Source: Candidatus Gottesmanbacteria bacterium GW2011_GWA2_43_14
GTDB lineage: Bacteria > Patescibacteriota > Microgenomatia > 2-02-FULL-39-11
Assembly (NCBI GenBank): GCA_000999095.1
Contig: LCFP01000006.1
Coordinates: forward strand, 1,823 to 65,822
Length of the DNA: 64,000 bases
Direction of reading: 5' to 3'
Shown here: one piece after another, positions 28,634 through 39,014 of the stretch
Numbering within the stretch: position 1 is the stretch's first letter
Layout of the letters: each line of letters starts with the position of its first letter
The notes under the pieces: model-generated
Seen by the model: only the letters and a program-made list of their open reading frames with translations
What the model was told of the DNA's origin: nothing
The model's database searches: none
Program-made: the position numbers and the translations under genes

Positions 28634-28891
28634 TCAGGAGACAAAATAAATCTTATCGCCTGAATGGACTTTTTGGTCAGTTTTGACGGCTATTTCCTCT
28701 CCTTTTCCGGCTTTTTCAATTGTCTGGTGGTCTTTTTGCATCGAAGAGACAGTCTGGGTAAATTCGTCATCATGATGGGAAAATTTAATTGAATCGCCGA
28801 CCTTTAATTTGGAGGAAAGGTTGATCACCGCCACGGAAATTTTATCGTAATAATGGGTGACTATGCCTATGGGTTTGTTCAAATTGCTCAC
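28634..28891 (-). CDS. Small beta-barrel protein (translation elongation factor-like / U32 C-terminal-like)
   Basis: IG.VTHYYDKISVAV, LKVGD.I, F.Q.V.SMQ. Confidence 0.75.
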   Translation of the reverse strand: MSNLNKPIGIVTHYYDKISVAVINLSSKLKVGDSIKFSHHDDEFTQTVSSMQKDHQTIEKAGKGEEIAVKTDQKVHSGDKIYFVS

Positions 28892-28912
28892 CCCCTTTGA
28901 AAATCAAGCTTG

Positions 28913-28986
28913 TCGGGATGCGCGGACTTGAACCGCGGGCCTCGTCGTCCCGAACGACGCGCTCTAGCCAACTGAGCTACATCCCG
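28913..28986 (-). tRNA. tRNA-Pro(CGG)
   Basis: Cloverleaf: CGGGATG/CATCCCG acceptor, CGTCG-TTCGGGA-CGACG anticodon arm, CGCGG-TTCAAGT-CCGCG T arm; CCA not encoded. Confidence 0.96.
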
Positions 28987-29058
28987 AATATTCTGAATTG
29001 AATCTTTTCGTATTTTATCACCTGAATGATAAAATAATAAGCTAGTTAAAGATTTTGA

Positions 29059-29130
29059 GTCCCCGTAGCTCAACGGATAGAGCAGAGGTTTCCTAAACCT
29101 CCGATGGCAGTTCAATTCTGCCCGGGGATA
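29059..29130 (+). tRNA. tRNA-Arg(CCT)
   Basis: GTCCCCG/CGGGGAT acceptor, GAGGT-TTCCTAA-ACCTC anticodon arm, GGCAG-TTCAATT-CTGCC T arm; divergent from tRNA-Pro. Confidence 0.95.
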
Positions 29131-29213
29131 CTTAAATCAAATCTAAAGATTTGCCGTTTTTTTATTGGCAGAAGGTGTAAAGCTATTCCACCTGGAGGGT
29201 ACAGCCGTAAATT

Positions 29214-29951
29214 ATGAAAGTAAACAGGGAAGTTATCAGGTTTGTCGTCTTCCGTACCCTGGGTAATTTTCTGGTTTTAGCTTCACTTTACGCCATCGGC
29301 AGGACGTTGGGCCCGGCTGCCTGGCTTGAAGCGAAATACAGGGTAAATCAATTCAGAAACGTCCGTTACGAGATTGCCTGGCAGGGTGTTCCGGCCCGGC
29401 CGGACAAAGAAATTACGGATACAGTCAAGCCTACTCCATTTGTGTCCAATACCACCTTTTTCGGGAAATTGGCCGGAGGCGACAAGATAGAATTTCTGGA
29501 GCCGGTTTCCTCCAGATTCGGCATCATCATCCCGAAAATCGGAGCCAATGCACCGATTGCGCCCAATGTGGATGCCGGTAATCCTGAGGCCTACCTGGAA
29601 GCCTTGAAAACGGGTGTGGCACATGCTGCCGGAACTGTCTTTCCGGGTGTGCCCGGCAATATCTTCCTGTTTGCCCATTCGACGGACGATTTTTGGAACG
29701 TCGGCCGCTACAACGCAATTTTTTATCTGCTGAAAGAGCTGGAGAGAGGTGATGAAGTGGATGTTTTCCTTAACGGCAAAAGGCACATCTACAGGGTAAC
29801 CGACAAAATAATTGTCAATCCGGATGAAGTGGAGTATCTGACCAGGCAAACCAATTTTGAACAACTGACTTTACAGACCTGCTGGCCTCCCGGAACAACC
29901 TTTAAAAGACTGCTTGTTCTGGCCGTACCGGAAAAAGACTACCGCGATTAG
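29214..29951 (+). CDS. Sortase family protein
   Basis: IPKIG, GVAH, FAHS, LTLQTCWPPGT..RL (His/Cys/Arg triad). Confidence 0.9.
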   Translation: MKVNREVIRFVVFRTLGNFLVLASLYAIGRTLGPAAWLEAKYRVNQFRNVRYEIAWQGVPARPDKEITDTVKPTPFVSNTTFFGKLAGGDKIEFLEPVSSRFGIIIPKIGANAPIAPNVDAGNPEAYLEALKTGVAHAAGTVFPGVPGNIFLFAHSTDDFWNVGRYNAIFYLLKELERGDEVDVFLNGKRHIYRVTDKIIVNPDEVEYLTRQTNFEQLTLQTCWPPGTTFKRLLVLAVPEKDYRD

Positions 29952-30155
29952 CTATTCTGAAGGCGTAACACTGACCTCAAGCAGCTCGGAGAAGCCTGTT
30001 TTCGGCTGGCTTGTACCGGTGGCATTTCCGGAGGAAGTGGATTCGAAACCCGGAAACGAGAAAAACGGTTTCATGTCGGCGGTACCGGTCAGAAAGTATA
30101 AACCGCCAATAAGTATGGCCAAGCTAAGCAGAATAAGCAACGTTTTTTTGTCCAT
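29952..30155 (-). CDS. Small membrane-anchored hypothetical protein
   Basis: N-terminal TM helix; directly downstream of the PEGA gene. Confidence 0.55.
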   Translation of the reverse strand: MDKKTLLILLSLAILIGGLYFLTGTADMKPFFSFPGFESTSSGNATGTSQPKTGFSELLEVSVTPSE

Positions 30156-30162
30156 GTTCTTG

Positions 30163-31395
30163 TTATCTCAGGTCAACCTCGTAAAAATCAGCCGAAGTAC
30201 TGCTGTTAAGATTGGTCAGGATGACAATTTTCCCGCCGCTTGTCCAGGAAAAGACAAACTCGTCGGTAAACGGCCCTGAATAGACTGAACGCTTATTCGT
30301 CCCGTCATAATCAACCACGGTAATTTTTTCCTTTTCCACCAGGATGAGATGTTTCGAGTCGGTGTACCATCTCGGCTGGCTGTCCGCCAGATAATAATTT
30401 TTGTCTTCCTTGATGTCATAGATATAGAATTTTCCGTCATTCAGGCTGCGGGTTTCTTCGGTTGGATTGCGGCCGATAAGAGGCGGATCGATGACCGGTT
30501 TAAGAGAAGCTCCTGCCGTAGCCTGGTAGAGTATTTTGGTTTCATCAGGTGAAAATCTGAGACTGCTTGTCGAAGTTGTCAAAACCCGGCTGATTGCATC
30601 AGGTAAAGAAGCCATATTTGCCTCATCTTTGATCATTTTTTCTTCCTGCCATTCGGCCAGTATTTGCGTATAGCGCGAAGTGATTTCAATAGGCGATGTC
30701 GAAACTCCGTTATCGGTCAGAAGAAGAAAAGCTCTTTCAGCTTCAAGTGCCACAGCAGGGGGCGGGTTTTCCGGGAAAAAAGCGACGATCAACTCTTTTT
30801 CATCGTAAGACCAATACAGTTCGGCATTTTCATAAGGAAAATCAGCTGAAGAGCCTAAAATTGCCGGATCCATGGAAAAAATCTGTTTCGGGTCCGGTTT
30901 GGTACCCAAAGGTCCTGTCCGGAGCTCAAGAAGCCAAACACCTGAAAGGTTGCGGCCGGTGGCGGGATCCGTTTCAGAGCTTTTTACCAGATAGGCGGTT
31001 TTGGTGCCTGAGGGAGAGAGGCGGGGATTGATAACCCCGGTAAAGGTAATTGCCCGCAGGGAGGGGTTGAAAGGTACCAGAAGAGCATCAATCTGGCTGA
31101 CGACTTCACCCTGGATCCTGATTCTTTTTTCCCAGGACTGATATCCTTCCTTGCTGATTTTTATGTCATACCATTCGGGAGCCAGGGTCAGCGAAGCATT
31201 GGTAGCCGAAGTTAATTTGCCGTTTATAAAGATGGAGGCTTTTTCAGGATAGGATGACACCGACAGGATTCCGGTGGGACTGATGCTTTTAGCTTTGGGA
31301 TCAAAGCGGTAACCGCGGCCGTAAAGAACAACCGCTGACGTCAGACCGGCGATAAGAGCCAGGGATAAAATAAAAAGAATCAGTCTTTTAAACAT
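30163..31395 (-). CDS. PEGA domain-containing membrane-anchored protein
   Basis: TM, YGRGYRFD, TGILSVSSYPEKASIFING, ISKEGYQSW; C-terminal propeller-like repeats. Confidence 0.85.
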   Translation of the reverse strand: MFKRLILFILSLALIAGLTSAVVLYGRGYRFDPKAKSISPTGILSVSSYPEKASIFINGKLTSATNASLTLAPEWYDIKISKEGYQSWEKRIRIQGEVVSQIDALLVPFNPSLRAITFTGVINPRLSPSGTKTAYLVKSSETDPATGRNLSGVWLLELRTGPLGTKPDPKQIFSMDPAILGSSADFPYENAELYWSYDEKELIVAFFPENPPPAVALEAERAFLLLTDNGVSTSPIEITSRYTQILAEWQEEKMIKDEANMASLPDAISRVLTTSTSSLRFSPDETKILYQATAGASLKPVIDPPLIGRNPTEETRSLNDGKFYIYDIKEDKNYYLADSQPRWYTDSKHLILVEKEKITVVDYDGTNKRSVYSGPFTDEFVFSWTSGGKIVILTNLNSSTSADFYEVDLR

Positions 31396-31477
31396 CTTTT
31401 GCCCGCCACGAATCCTAATAATTTAAGGCGGGGCGTTGTAATTATAGCATAGGAACAGTAGAATAAACTGGCTGTTT

Positions 31478-32494
31478 ATGTTATTCAAAAGGCTCGGAAT
31501 CGATCTGGGGACAGCCAATTCCCTGGTTTATTTAACCGGAGAGGGCGTGGTATTAAATGAGCCCACCGTGGTGGCGGTTTCAATTGATGACAACCGGGTC
31601 GTAGCCGTCGGCAATGAAGCTAAAGAAATGCTCGGCCGGACCCCGGGAAATATAGTGGCTTCGCGGCCTCTCAAGGAAGGTGTCATCGCCGATTATGTGG
31701 TGACGGAAGCCATGCTGCGTTATTTTTTGGACAAAGTCTGCGGCAAAACCCGTTTTTTTAAACCGGAAGTCATGATCTGCATCCCGGCAGGCTGTACCCA
31801 GGTGGAGAGGCGGGCTGTCATGGATGCCACGCTGTCGGCCGGTGCCAGGACCGTCTATCTGATAGAAGAGCCGTTGGCAGCAGCCATCGGCGCCAAGATC
31901 CCCATTGCCCAGGCATCAGGCAACATGATTGTCGATACCGGCGGCGGTTCCAGCGAGGCGGCGGTCATATCACTTGGCGGAGTCGTCGTCCACCATTCAG
32001 TCCGGGTGGCCGGAAACCGTTTGGACGAAGCCATCGGCGCCTATATTAAAAAAAAGTTCAACCTGATTATCGGTGAAAGGATGAGCGAGTCGGTGAAAAT
32101 CCAGATCGGTGATGCCATGCCCAAGGCTTCACCGAAATCAAGCCTCAGGAAAATGGAAGTCAGAGGGAGGGATAGCCTGTCAGGACTGCCCAGAATGATA
32201 GAAATATCCAGTGACGAAATTGCCGCCGCCTTAGAGAATCCGCTTCAGAACATTATTACTGGTATCAAGGAAGTCCTGGAGAATACGCCGCCCGAGTTGG
32301 CCTCGGATATAATTGATAAAGGCATAGTACTGTCCGGCGGCACGGCACTTTTGACCAACATAGACAAACTCATCATGGAAGCGACGGGAGTGGCGGTCCA
32401 CGTTTCAGAAGACCCGCTCCTTTGCGTCGTCAGGGGAACCGGGGTGGCGTTGGAAAACATCGATTTGTATAAAAGATCCATCGCCAGAAGATAG
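31478..32494 (+). CDS. mreB: Rod shape-determining protein MreB
   Basis: GIDLGTAN, NEPTVVA, EEPLAAAIGA, DTGGG, PPELASDI, GIVLSGG. Confidence 0.96.
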   Translation: MLFKRLGIDLGTANSLVYLTGEGVVLNEPTVVAVSIDDNRVVAVGNEAKEMLGRTPGNIVASRPLKEGVIADYVVTEAMLRYFLDKVCGKTRFFKPEVMICIPAGCTQVERRAVMDATLSAGARTVYLIEEPLAAAIGAKIPIAQASGNMIVDTGGGSSEAAVISLGGVVVHHSVRVAGNRLDEAIGAYIKKKFNLIIGERMSESVKIQIGDAMPKASPKSSLRKMEVRGRDSLSGLPRMIEISSDEIAAALENPLQNIITGIKEVLENTPPELASDIIDKGIVLSGGTALLTNIDKLIMEATGVAVHVSEDPLLCVVRGTGVALENIDLYKRSIARR

Positions 32495-32729
32495 TTAACC
32501 TTATAGTTATATATAGAAGATATTTGTATATAAAATGGTTATCCTGACTGCAAAAATTTTTCAACAACAGGCCCGGGAATTGCCAACAAATTAAACTTCT
32601 GTTAATCTGCAGTGGCAATATTGACATTTTGTCTTATCATGAAAGTATTATTGACTGAATAATATTTGTATACATAAAATTGATTACTGCCAATAAAAGA
32701 TTTTAAAAAGCTGTCCAAAAAGACAATTT

Positions 32730-33587
32730 ATGCAAAAAAATACGGTAAAAATTCTGGGCGTGAAAATAACTACAGAGGATGAAGGTTTAATCCTGGAGAA
32801 AATCGATAAGTACTTAAAAAAAGGTAAAATCCGAAAGGTAAAAGACGAAAACAACAGGGTAAAACCATACGTTATTTTTACTCCGAATCCGGAAATTATT
32901 GTTTTGGCTCAAAAAGAGGCATCGTTTAAAAAGGCCGTCAATAAGGCCCAAATCAATATTCCTGACGGATCCGGCGTCATTTGGGCAATCGGAAAAAAAT
33001 TCGGCAGGAAAGTCAGAAGAATTTCCGGTGCTGATATGATGATTTCCTTGTGCCGGATGGCGGTTAAAAAGAGCTATAGGATAGGACTTATAGGCGGACG
33101 CTCCGGTTTAGCACTCGCTGCGTCCAAGTGCTTGGAGTCCCAATTTCCCGGCATCAAAATTATGCTGTTGGGCGAGCCGGAAATCAGAATTATTAAATCA
33201 AATTTTAATATTCATGATGCAAACGGCAAGCATATTGAAACCGGCAAATACATTAACTATTTGGCAAAGGAGCTTTCAGACAAGAAACTGGATATAGTTT
33301 TTGTCGCTTTGGGCTTTCCCAAGCAGGAGTTTTTTATAACGGAACTGGCGGCCTGTATAAACCGTCTTAAAGGGAATCAGCCTGTTGTCCTGATGGCGGT
33401 CGGGGGCAGTTTGGACTATCTCGCGGGCAATGTCAGCCGTGCTCCGCGATGGTTGCGGATGCGGGGATTGGAATGGTCATACCGGCTAATAAAAGAACCC
33501 TGGCGTCTAAAAAGGCACATTTTAGGTTCAGTTTTTTTCCCTCAAGTATATTTCAGCAATTTAAAAACCGGCAAAATTTGCATTTAA
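32730..33587 (+). CDS. WecB/TagA/CpsF family glycosyltransferase (GT26)
   Basis: TPNPE, PDGSG, RISGADM, VALGFPKQE, VGGSLD, RAP, LEW.YRL..EPWR. Confidence 0.92.
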   Translation: MQKNTVKILGVKITTEDEGLILEKIDKYLKKGKIRKVKDENNRVKPYVIFTPNPEIIVLAQKEASFKKAVNKAQINIPDGSGVIWAIGKKFGRKVRRISGADMMISLCRMAVKKSYRIGLIGGRSGLALAASKCLESQFPGIKIMLLGEPEIRIIKSNFNIHDANGKHIETGKYINYLAKELSDKKLDIVFVALGFPKQEFFITELAACINRLKGNQPVVLMAVGGSLDYLAGNVSRAPRWLRMRGLEWSYRLIKEPWRLKRHILGSVFFPQVYFSNLKTGKICI

Positions 33588-33618
33588 ATCACCCAATCAA
33601 ATAAAATTGTGGGATAAA

Positions 33619-34830
33619 ATGAAAATCCTTTATTTACAAACTTTCCCCCTGTGGGGTTCAGGATCCGGAACTTATGCCCGTTTCCTCGCTCAGGAAGCCG
33701 GTCGCCACTTTAAAGTTGCCATGGTCGCCCCGGAAACACGCCATGTACCAAACGTCACTTTATACCCTTTAAAAACTTCCAAAAAAGTCGTCTTTACAGG
33801 ACATCCGGAATGGCCTCATGCCACGCTCTATACCGATATCAGTAATCACGACCTGATCGAGCTCTATGAAGAAATGCTCAATAGCGTCAGGGCAGCTGTT
33901 GAAGATTTCAGCCCCAACATTATCCATGTCCATCATGCTTTTCCCTTGTCCTGGACCGGCAGGGTAATCAAAAGCATCTACCAGATCCCTTACGTCATCT
34001 CCATCCACGGCTCGGAACTGCCGACTGTGCAAAAAGATAAACGATATCTGGCTTTGACCGGTGATGCTTTGAGGCGTGCCCGCCGGATTGTGCCCAATTC
34101 CTTTTGGACTAAAGACTGGATGTTTAAAGTCTTCGGGGATGAATTCCGTTCCCAGGTGAGGGTTATTCCCGGAGGGGTCGATGTCAGGCGCTTTAATCCC
34201 AATCTGCCGACGGATGAGATTGACAGAAAGTACGGTCTGACGGGTAAAAAAGTCGTCATGTTTGCCGGCAAGCTGACGTCTTATAAAGGAGTCAGATATC
34301 TGATTGCCGCCGCAAAGAAAATCCCGGCCGAAGTCATCATTGTCGGAGAAGGACCGGAAAGGAAGTTCTTGGAAGAAAGAACCAAATCTTTAGAACTTAA
34401 AAATATCCATTTTATCGGACATGTGGCTGAGGGGGATGAGCTTCGCAAATTTTACAACCGGGCTGATGTTTTTGTAGCTCCGTCCGTTTGGGACGAGCCG
34501 TTGGGCCTGGTCATCCTGGAAGCCATGTCCTGTAAGACGCCGGTGGTTGTCACCCGGAAAGGCGGCATCCCTTTGGCCGTCAAAGATGGAATCAACGGCT
34601 TTTTTGTCAGGCCGAAAAATTCCACGGAAATTGCCTTGAAGGTGAACAAGCTTTTGTCCAGCGAAGAAAAAAGGGATAAAATGGCGGAAAACGCCCGCCG
34701 GATCGTTGAAGAAAAGTTTTCCTGGGAGACGATTGCCCACCGTTTTATCCTGATGTATATGCGTTTTGCCCATTTTCCCAAACAAAAGCAAAATAATTCC
34801 CCGAAACACAAGCAGCTCAAAATCAGTTAA
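33619..34830 (+). CDS. GT4 family glycosyltransferase
   Basis: GSG, IHVHH, KGV, EPLGLVILEAM. Confidence 0.9.
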   Translation: MKILYLQTFPLWGSGSGTYARFLAQEAGRHFKVAMVAPETRHVPNVTLYPLKTSKKVVFTGHPEWPHATLYTDISNHDLIELYEEMLNSVRAAVEDFSPNIIHVHHAFPLSWTGRVIKSIYQIPYVISIHGSELPTVQKDKRYLALTGDALRRARRIVPNSFWTKDWMFKVFGDEFRSQVRVIPGGVDVRRFNPNLPTDEIDRKYGLTGKKVVMFAGKLTSYKGVRYLIAAAKKIPAEVIIVGEGPERKFLEERTKSLELKNIHFIGHVAEGDELRKFYNRADVFVAPSVWDEPLGLVILEAMSCKTPVVVTRKGGIPLAVKDGINGFFVRPKNSTEIALKVNKLLSSEEKRDKMAENARRIVEEKFSWETIAHRFILMYMRFAHFPKQKQNNSPKHKQLKIS

Positions 34831-34844
34831 GTTATACTGGAACC

Positions 34845-35900
34845 ATGAGGATTGCTATCTTGGGCTCAGCGGCCATGTCCGTACCGCCGTCCCATCAGGG
34901 AGGCACGGAATGGATTGCTTATTACCAGGCCAAAGGTCTTGCCGGTTTGGGGCATAAGATAACGCTTGTATCTTTTAAAGGATCTTTACCGGGTGATTAT
35001 AAGTTAATCGAAATAGGATACACCTACGAAGCTAAAACTTCTGCTGATATTGATGAAATAGAATCTTCCCGGGCGCTTCGTACAGAGAATGTCAGACTGG
35101 CGGAAACCATGGGGAAATTGGCAGAGCTGATTTCTGATTATGATTTGATTTTAAATAACATGCGGGGGGAGGCGGTTTTCCTGCCGCTGGCCAAGTTTCT
35201 CGGCAAACCGCTGGTTAACGTCATGCACCTGCCGCTTTTTCCCGAACTGGCTAACATATTCAAAATATATAATACTAATATAATCACCATCAGCAATAAC
35301 CAGCGGAAAAAGTTTCCGGATCTGAATTATTTAAGTACTGTCTATAACTGTGTTGATACTGAAAAATATGTTTATAACCCTCGGCCAAAGGCCGACTATT
35401 TATTGATGATGGGGACAATCGGCAGGCATAAAAATCAGGGAGCGGCAGTCAGGATTGCCAAAAAACTGGGCATGAAACTGATTTTGGCCGGAAAAATTCG
35501 GGATAAGGAATATTTTGAGGAACTGAAAAAAGATATTGACGGGGAGCAGATTCAATGGTTCGGGGAACTGGATTTTGGGAAAAAAGTCGCTCTGTACCAA
35601 AATGCCAAAGCTTTTTTGTTTCCCATAGTCTGGGAGGAGCCATTCGGTCTGGTCATGATTGAAGCCATGGCCTGCGGTACGCCGGTCGTTGCTTTCGGAA
35701 ACGGGGCAATTCCTGAGGTAATAGTTAATGGAAAGACCGGGTTTGTAATAGAAAATAATAGTGAAGAAGAAATGGCCGAAGCGGTCAGAAAAATTGACAC
35801 GATCAAGCGCCAGGACAGCCGCAACCACGTCATGGAAAATTTCACAGTTGAGAAGATGGTCAAAGGATACGAGGCTGCTTTGGCGGAAATAATTACCTAG
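34845..35900 (+). CDS. GT4 family glycosyltransferase
   Basis: VPP...GGTE, WEEPFGLVMIEAMACGTPV. Confidence 0.9.
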   Translation: MRIAILGSAAMSVPPSHQGGTEWIAYYQAKGLAGLGHKITLVSFKGSLPGDYKLIEIGYTYEAKTSADIDEIESSRALRTENVRLAETMGKLAELISDYDLILNNMRGEAVFLPLAKFLGKPLVNVMHLPLFPELANIFKIYNTNIITISNNQRKKFPDLNYLSTVYNCVDTEKYVYNPRPKADYLLMMGTIGRHKNQGAAVRIAKKLGMKLILAGKIRDKEYFEELKKDIDGEQIQWFGELDFGKKVALYQNAKAFLFPIVWEEPFGLVMIEAMACGTPVVAFGNGAIPEVIVNGKTGFVIENNSEEEMAEAVRKIDTIKRQDSRNHVMENFTVEKMVKGYEAALAEIIT

Positions 35901-35930
35901 GTTGCGTATCTGCGCCACCTCCCAGGTTGA
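35899..35930. repeat. 32-bp dispersed palindromic repeat, copy 1
   Basis: aggttgcgtatctgcgccacctcccaggttga; 31/32 identical to 40451..40482. Confidence 0.85.
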
Positions 35931-35936
35931 TGATAG

Positions 35937-36719
35937 TTAGAGCAGTTCCGAAAAGACGGCGATGCGGTGGGAATAGCTTTGAATGCCACGGTTGAAATAA
36001 CCGTTGCAGGTTAATAGAACCAGGCGGGGAATATCATAAGTACCGAAAATATAATCTATGGGTACCTGGTCATAGGCATAGGATTCTGATCCGGTAACCT
36101 GAAATGTGAGAGTATTTTCGAAAATGGTGGAAACCTGAATGATGTCGCCGGCTGCCAGACGAGCCAAATTATAAAAGACTGCCGGTCTGCCCCTGTCCGT
36201 ATCGTAATGGCCTGCAATGACTACATTTCCCGGTTCTCCCGGTACCGGTCCGTTTTTAAACCAGGCAACGTTGCCCCATTGGGAGGGAACTTCCATTTTG
36301 CCGTTTTCATCAACTCCCACAAACTCGATTTCAGCATCAACTCCCAACTTTTCGATTATCAGTCGCAAGGGAAGCATAAGTGGAGTAGGAGTGGGCGTAG
36401 GGGACGGTGTAATCGTAGGTGTGGGGGTGGGAGTGCTGGTTATAACCAGTTGAACGATGCGGTTGAAAATGCCGTTGTCTTCGGTACTTTGTGATCCGGC
36501 AATCCGTGTTGTGTTAAACCATAGGAGGCCAGTCGTTGCGACGAGAAGCAGTATTTTTAATGCCCAGGCACGGGAAAAAATATCCGGAAGGTATCGGGGT
36601 TTTAGGTACAAAGAGAGGTAAGCCACAACAAGAGACCACGCCGGAGACTTCGCTGATTTTTTCAGGCTGATACTTTTAATGGTAAATATGATTCCGCTTT
36701 TTTTCATATAGATTGCCAC
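35937..36719 (-). CDS. Class F sortase
   Basis: TM plus PT linker, VGVD..G.MEVP, PGEPGNVVIAGHYD, LVLLTC.G. Confidence 0.88.
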   Translation of the reverse strand: MAIYMKKSGIIFTIKSISLKKSAKSPAWSLVVAYLSLYLKPRYLPDIFSRAWALKILLLVATTGLLWFNTTRIAGSQSTEDNGIFNRIVQLVITSTPTPTPTITPSPTPTPTPLMLPLRLIIEKLGVDAEIEFVGVDENGKMEVPSQWGNVAWFKNGPVPGEPGNVVIAGHYDTDRGRPAVFYNLARLAAGDIIQVSTIFENTLTFQVTGSESYAYDQVPIDYIFGTYDIPRLVLLTCNGYFNRGIQSYSHRIAVFSELL

Positions 36720-36816
36720 AAGGCTCTGTATTATAACTGAGATGACGAATTTTAAATATACCCCGGGGAAAAGCTTCTTTCTTCCTATTTGGGGGTTAAT
36801 ATTTTATACTGGATGT

Positions 36817-37866
36817 ATGAAGATTGCCCTTTTGGCCCCTCCTTATTTGTCTGTTCCGCCCAAAGCCTACGGAGGGACTGAAAAAATCGTCTCACTACTT
36901 AGCGACGGCCTGGTCGACCGCGGCCACGACGTCACCCTTTTTGCTACCGGCGACAGTCTGACCAGGGCAAAACTGGTAAGCATTTTTCCCGAAGAACTCG
37001 GCAACAGCGGGCTTATCAAAGGCAGCGCTTTGATGCCCATGCTGCATTTCCGGGAATGCTTCAGGAGATCTGGGGAATTTGAAATCATCCATAACCATGC
37101 GCAATATCTGCCGATGTTTCTTTCCGAATATTCCCAAACCCCGGTGGTCCATACGATGCACGGATCTTTTTATCCCCATGAGGTGCCGGAAGACAAAAGA
37201 AAGATTCTGAAGACATTTAAAGGACAGCCATTCATTTCAATTTCCGATAATCAGCGAAAAGGCTTGCCTGAGTTGAATTTTGTGGCGACCGTTTATAACG
37301 GGCTTGACCTCGACGAATATACCTATATCGAAAAACCCAGGGGCAAGTATTTATTATGGGTAGGCAGGATTACCGAAAAGAAAGGCCCGACAGAAGCCAT
37401 AGACACAGCCAATAAATTGGGCATGCCTCTGGTTATTGCTGCGGCCTTAGATCCGGTTGACCGCCCGTATTTTGAGAAGGAGATAAAACCCAAAGTTGAC
37501 GGCAAAAAAATTTCCTTTGTCGGAGAACTGAGCCAGACTACCCTGGATGACCTGTACGGCAATGCCTACTGCACGCTATTTCCCATCAGCTGGCATGAGC
37601 CTTTCGGCCTGGTAATGATTGAATCGATGGCCTGCGGCACACCGGTTGTAGGTTTCGATATAGGATCAGTAGCTGAAGTTATTGCAGATGGCAAAACAGG
37701 CTTTGTGATAAACCCTGAAAGCGGAGTTGAAGGTATGATCCACGCTGTCAGGGAGATAGAACGTATTCAGAGAGGCGATTGCCGGACACATGTAGTTGAA
37801 AAATTTTCCAAAGAAGTAATGGTTGAGGCATATATATCAGCCTATGCTAAAATTATTCACGGATGA
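36817..37866 (+). CDS. GT4 family glycosyltransferase
   Basis: VPPKAYGGTE, GRI..KKG, WHEPFGLVMIESMACGTP; ATG at 36817. Confidence 0.9.
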   Translation: MKIALLAPPYLSVPPKAYGGTEKIVSLLSDGLVDRGHDVTLFATGDSLTRAKLVSIFPEELGNSGLIKGSALMPMLHFRECFRRSGEFEIIHNHAQYLPMFLSEYSQTPVVHTMHGSFYPHEVPEDKRKILKTFKGQPFISISDNQRKGLPELNFVATVYNGLDLDEYTYIEKPRGKYLLWVGRITEKKGPTEAIDTANKLGMPLVIAAALDPVDRPYFEKEIKPKVDGKKISFVGELSQTTLDDLYGNAYCTLFPISWHEPFGLVMIESMACGTPVVGFDIGSVAEVIADGKTGFVINPESGVEGMIHAVREIERIQRGDCRTHVVEKFSKEVMVEAYISAYAKIIHG

Positions 37867-39014
37867 AAATTGCAGTTTACATCTCTCCCGCGCACGGCGT
37901 ACCTCCCAGAGAGGAAGATATACTGGCCCCCTGGGAACTGGTCAGCGATCTAGCCGACGGTTTGGTTGACCGCGGGCACCAGGTAAATTTATACGCGGCT
38001 AAAGAATCCCAAACCAAAGCAAACCTGCGCCATTTCGAAATTTCCACGACTTACGAGCAAAAAAACCGTTTGCCCAGGGAACATTACAAAAAACTGGTCT
38101 ACGACAGGGAATTTGAGTTGTTTGAAAAAATGATGAATGAAGTCAAGACCGAAGGCATCGGGATTGTGCATGTCCACCATCCGGTGGAAAGACTGGCCTA
38201 CTTTGTACAAAAGTATCCGGATATAAATTTCCTGTTTACCCTGCACGATCCGATATCAGCTGAGAGGGCGCCCAAACTGGCGCAACTTGCCGGAAGCGGA
38301 AATTGTTTTTTTATCTCGATCAGTAATTCCCAGCGGGGACAATATCAACTGCCTTTTGCGGCAACTGTCTATAACGGCATCCATCTCGAAGAATATCCTT
38401 TCAGCGGGGAAAGCGCCGATTATAATCTAATTGCAGGCAGAATCATTCCCGACAAAGGAGACGCGGAGGCTATTGAAGCAGTGAGGAGAAGTTCCGGCAA
38501 ACTGATCATTGCCGGAAAGGTTTACCAGGACAGTCCGGGAGACTATGATTATTTTAAAAATAAAATCCAGCCAAATATTGACAATGAACATGTTTTTTTG
38601 GAAAGTGAGATCAATAAAAGCAAATTGATCGCTTATTACAGCCAGGCGAGATCATATTTGTTTCCGGTAAAATGGGAGGAGCCCTTTGGGCTTGTGATGA
38701 TAGAGGCGATGAGTGTCGGCTGTCCGATCATTGCCTATGCCAGAGGAGCTGTGCCGGAAATCGTCAAAGACGGAATCACCGGTTTTATCATTAACCAAAA
38801 TGCTGAAAACATCAGGGGAGACTGGCAGATAAAACAAAGCGGAGTGGAAGGTTTGTCTGAAGCCATCAATCGTATTAAATCAATGGGAGCAGAAGACTAT
38901 ATGAATATGAGAAAACAATGCAGGCAGCATGTATTTGAGAAGTTCACTTTTGAAAGGATGATTTCAGGATATGAGGAAATATACCGTCAGTTCTATAAGG
39001 AGGAGATGAAATGA
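37863..39014 (+). CDS. GT4 family glycosyltransferase
   Basis: GRI...KG, WEEPFGLVMIEAM; paralog of neighbouring GT4s. Confidence 0.9.
   Translation: MKIAVYISPAHGVPPREEDILAPWELVSDLADGLVDRGHQVNLYAAKESQTKANLRHFEISTTYEQKNRLPREHYKKLVYDREFELFEKMMNEVKTEGIGIVHVHHPVERLAYFVQKYPDINFLFTLHDPISAERAPKLAQLAGSGNCFFISISNSQRGQYQLPFAATVYNGIHLEEYPFSGESADYNLIAGRIIPDKGDAEAIEAVRRSSGKLIIAGKVYQDSPGDYDYFKNKIQPNIDNEHVFLESEINKSKLIAYYSQARSYLFPVKWEEPFGLVMIEAMSVGCPIIAYARGAVPEIVKDGITGFIINQNAENIRGDWQIKQSGVEGLSEAINRIKSMGAEDYMNMRKQCRQHVFEKFTFERMISGYEEIYRQFYKEEMK

Noticed and set aside
28888-29115. 75-aa minus-strand ORF
   Set aside because: It overlaps both tRNA genes and is a shadow ORF.
28913-29130. tRNAs as an island integration site
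   Set aside because: No duplicated tRNA 3' end and no integrase were seen in the window.
31401-31434. gcccgcc...ggcggggc hairpin between the PEGA gene and mreB as a terminator or riboswitch
   Set aside because: It lies between divergent gene starts with a long AT loop, is single-copy and has no recognisable aptamer; support is insufficient.
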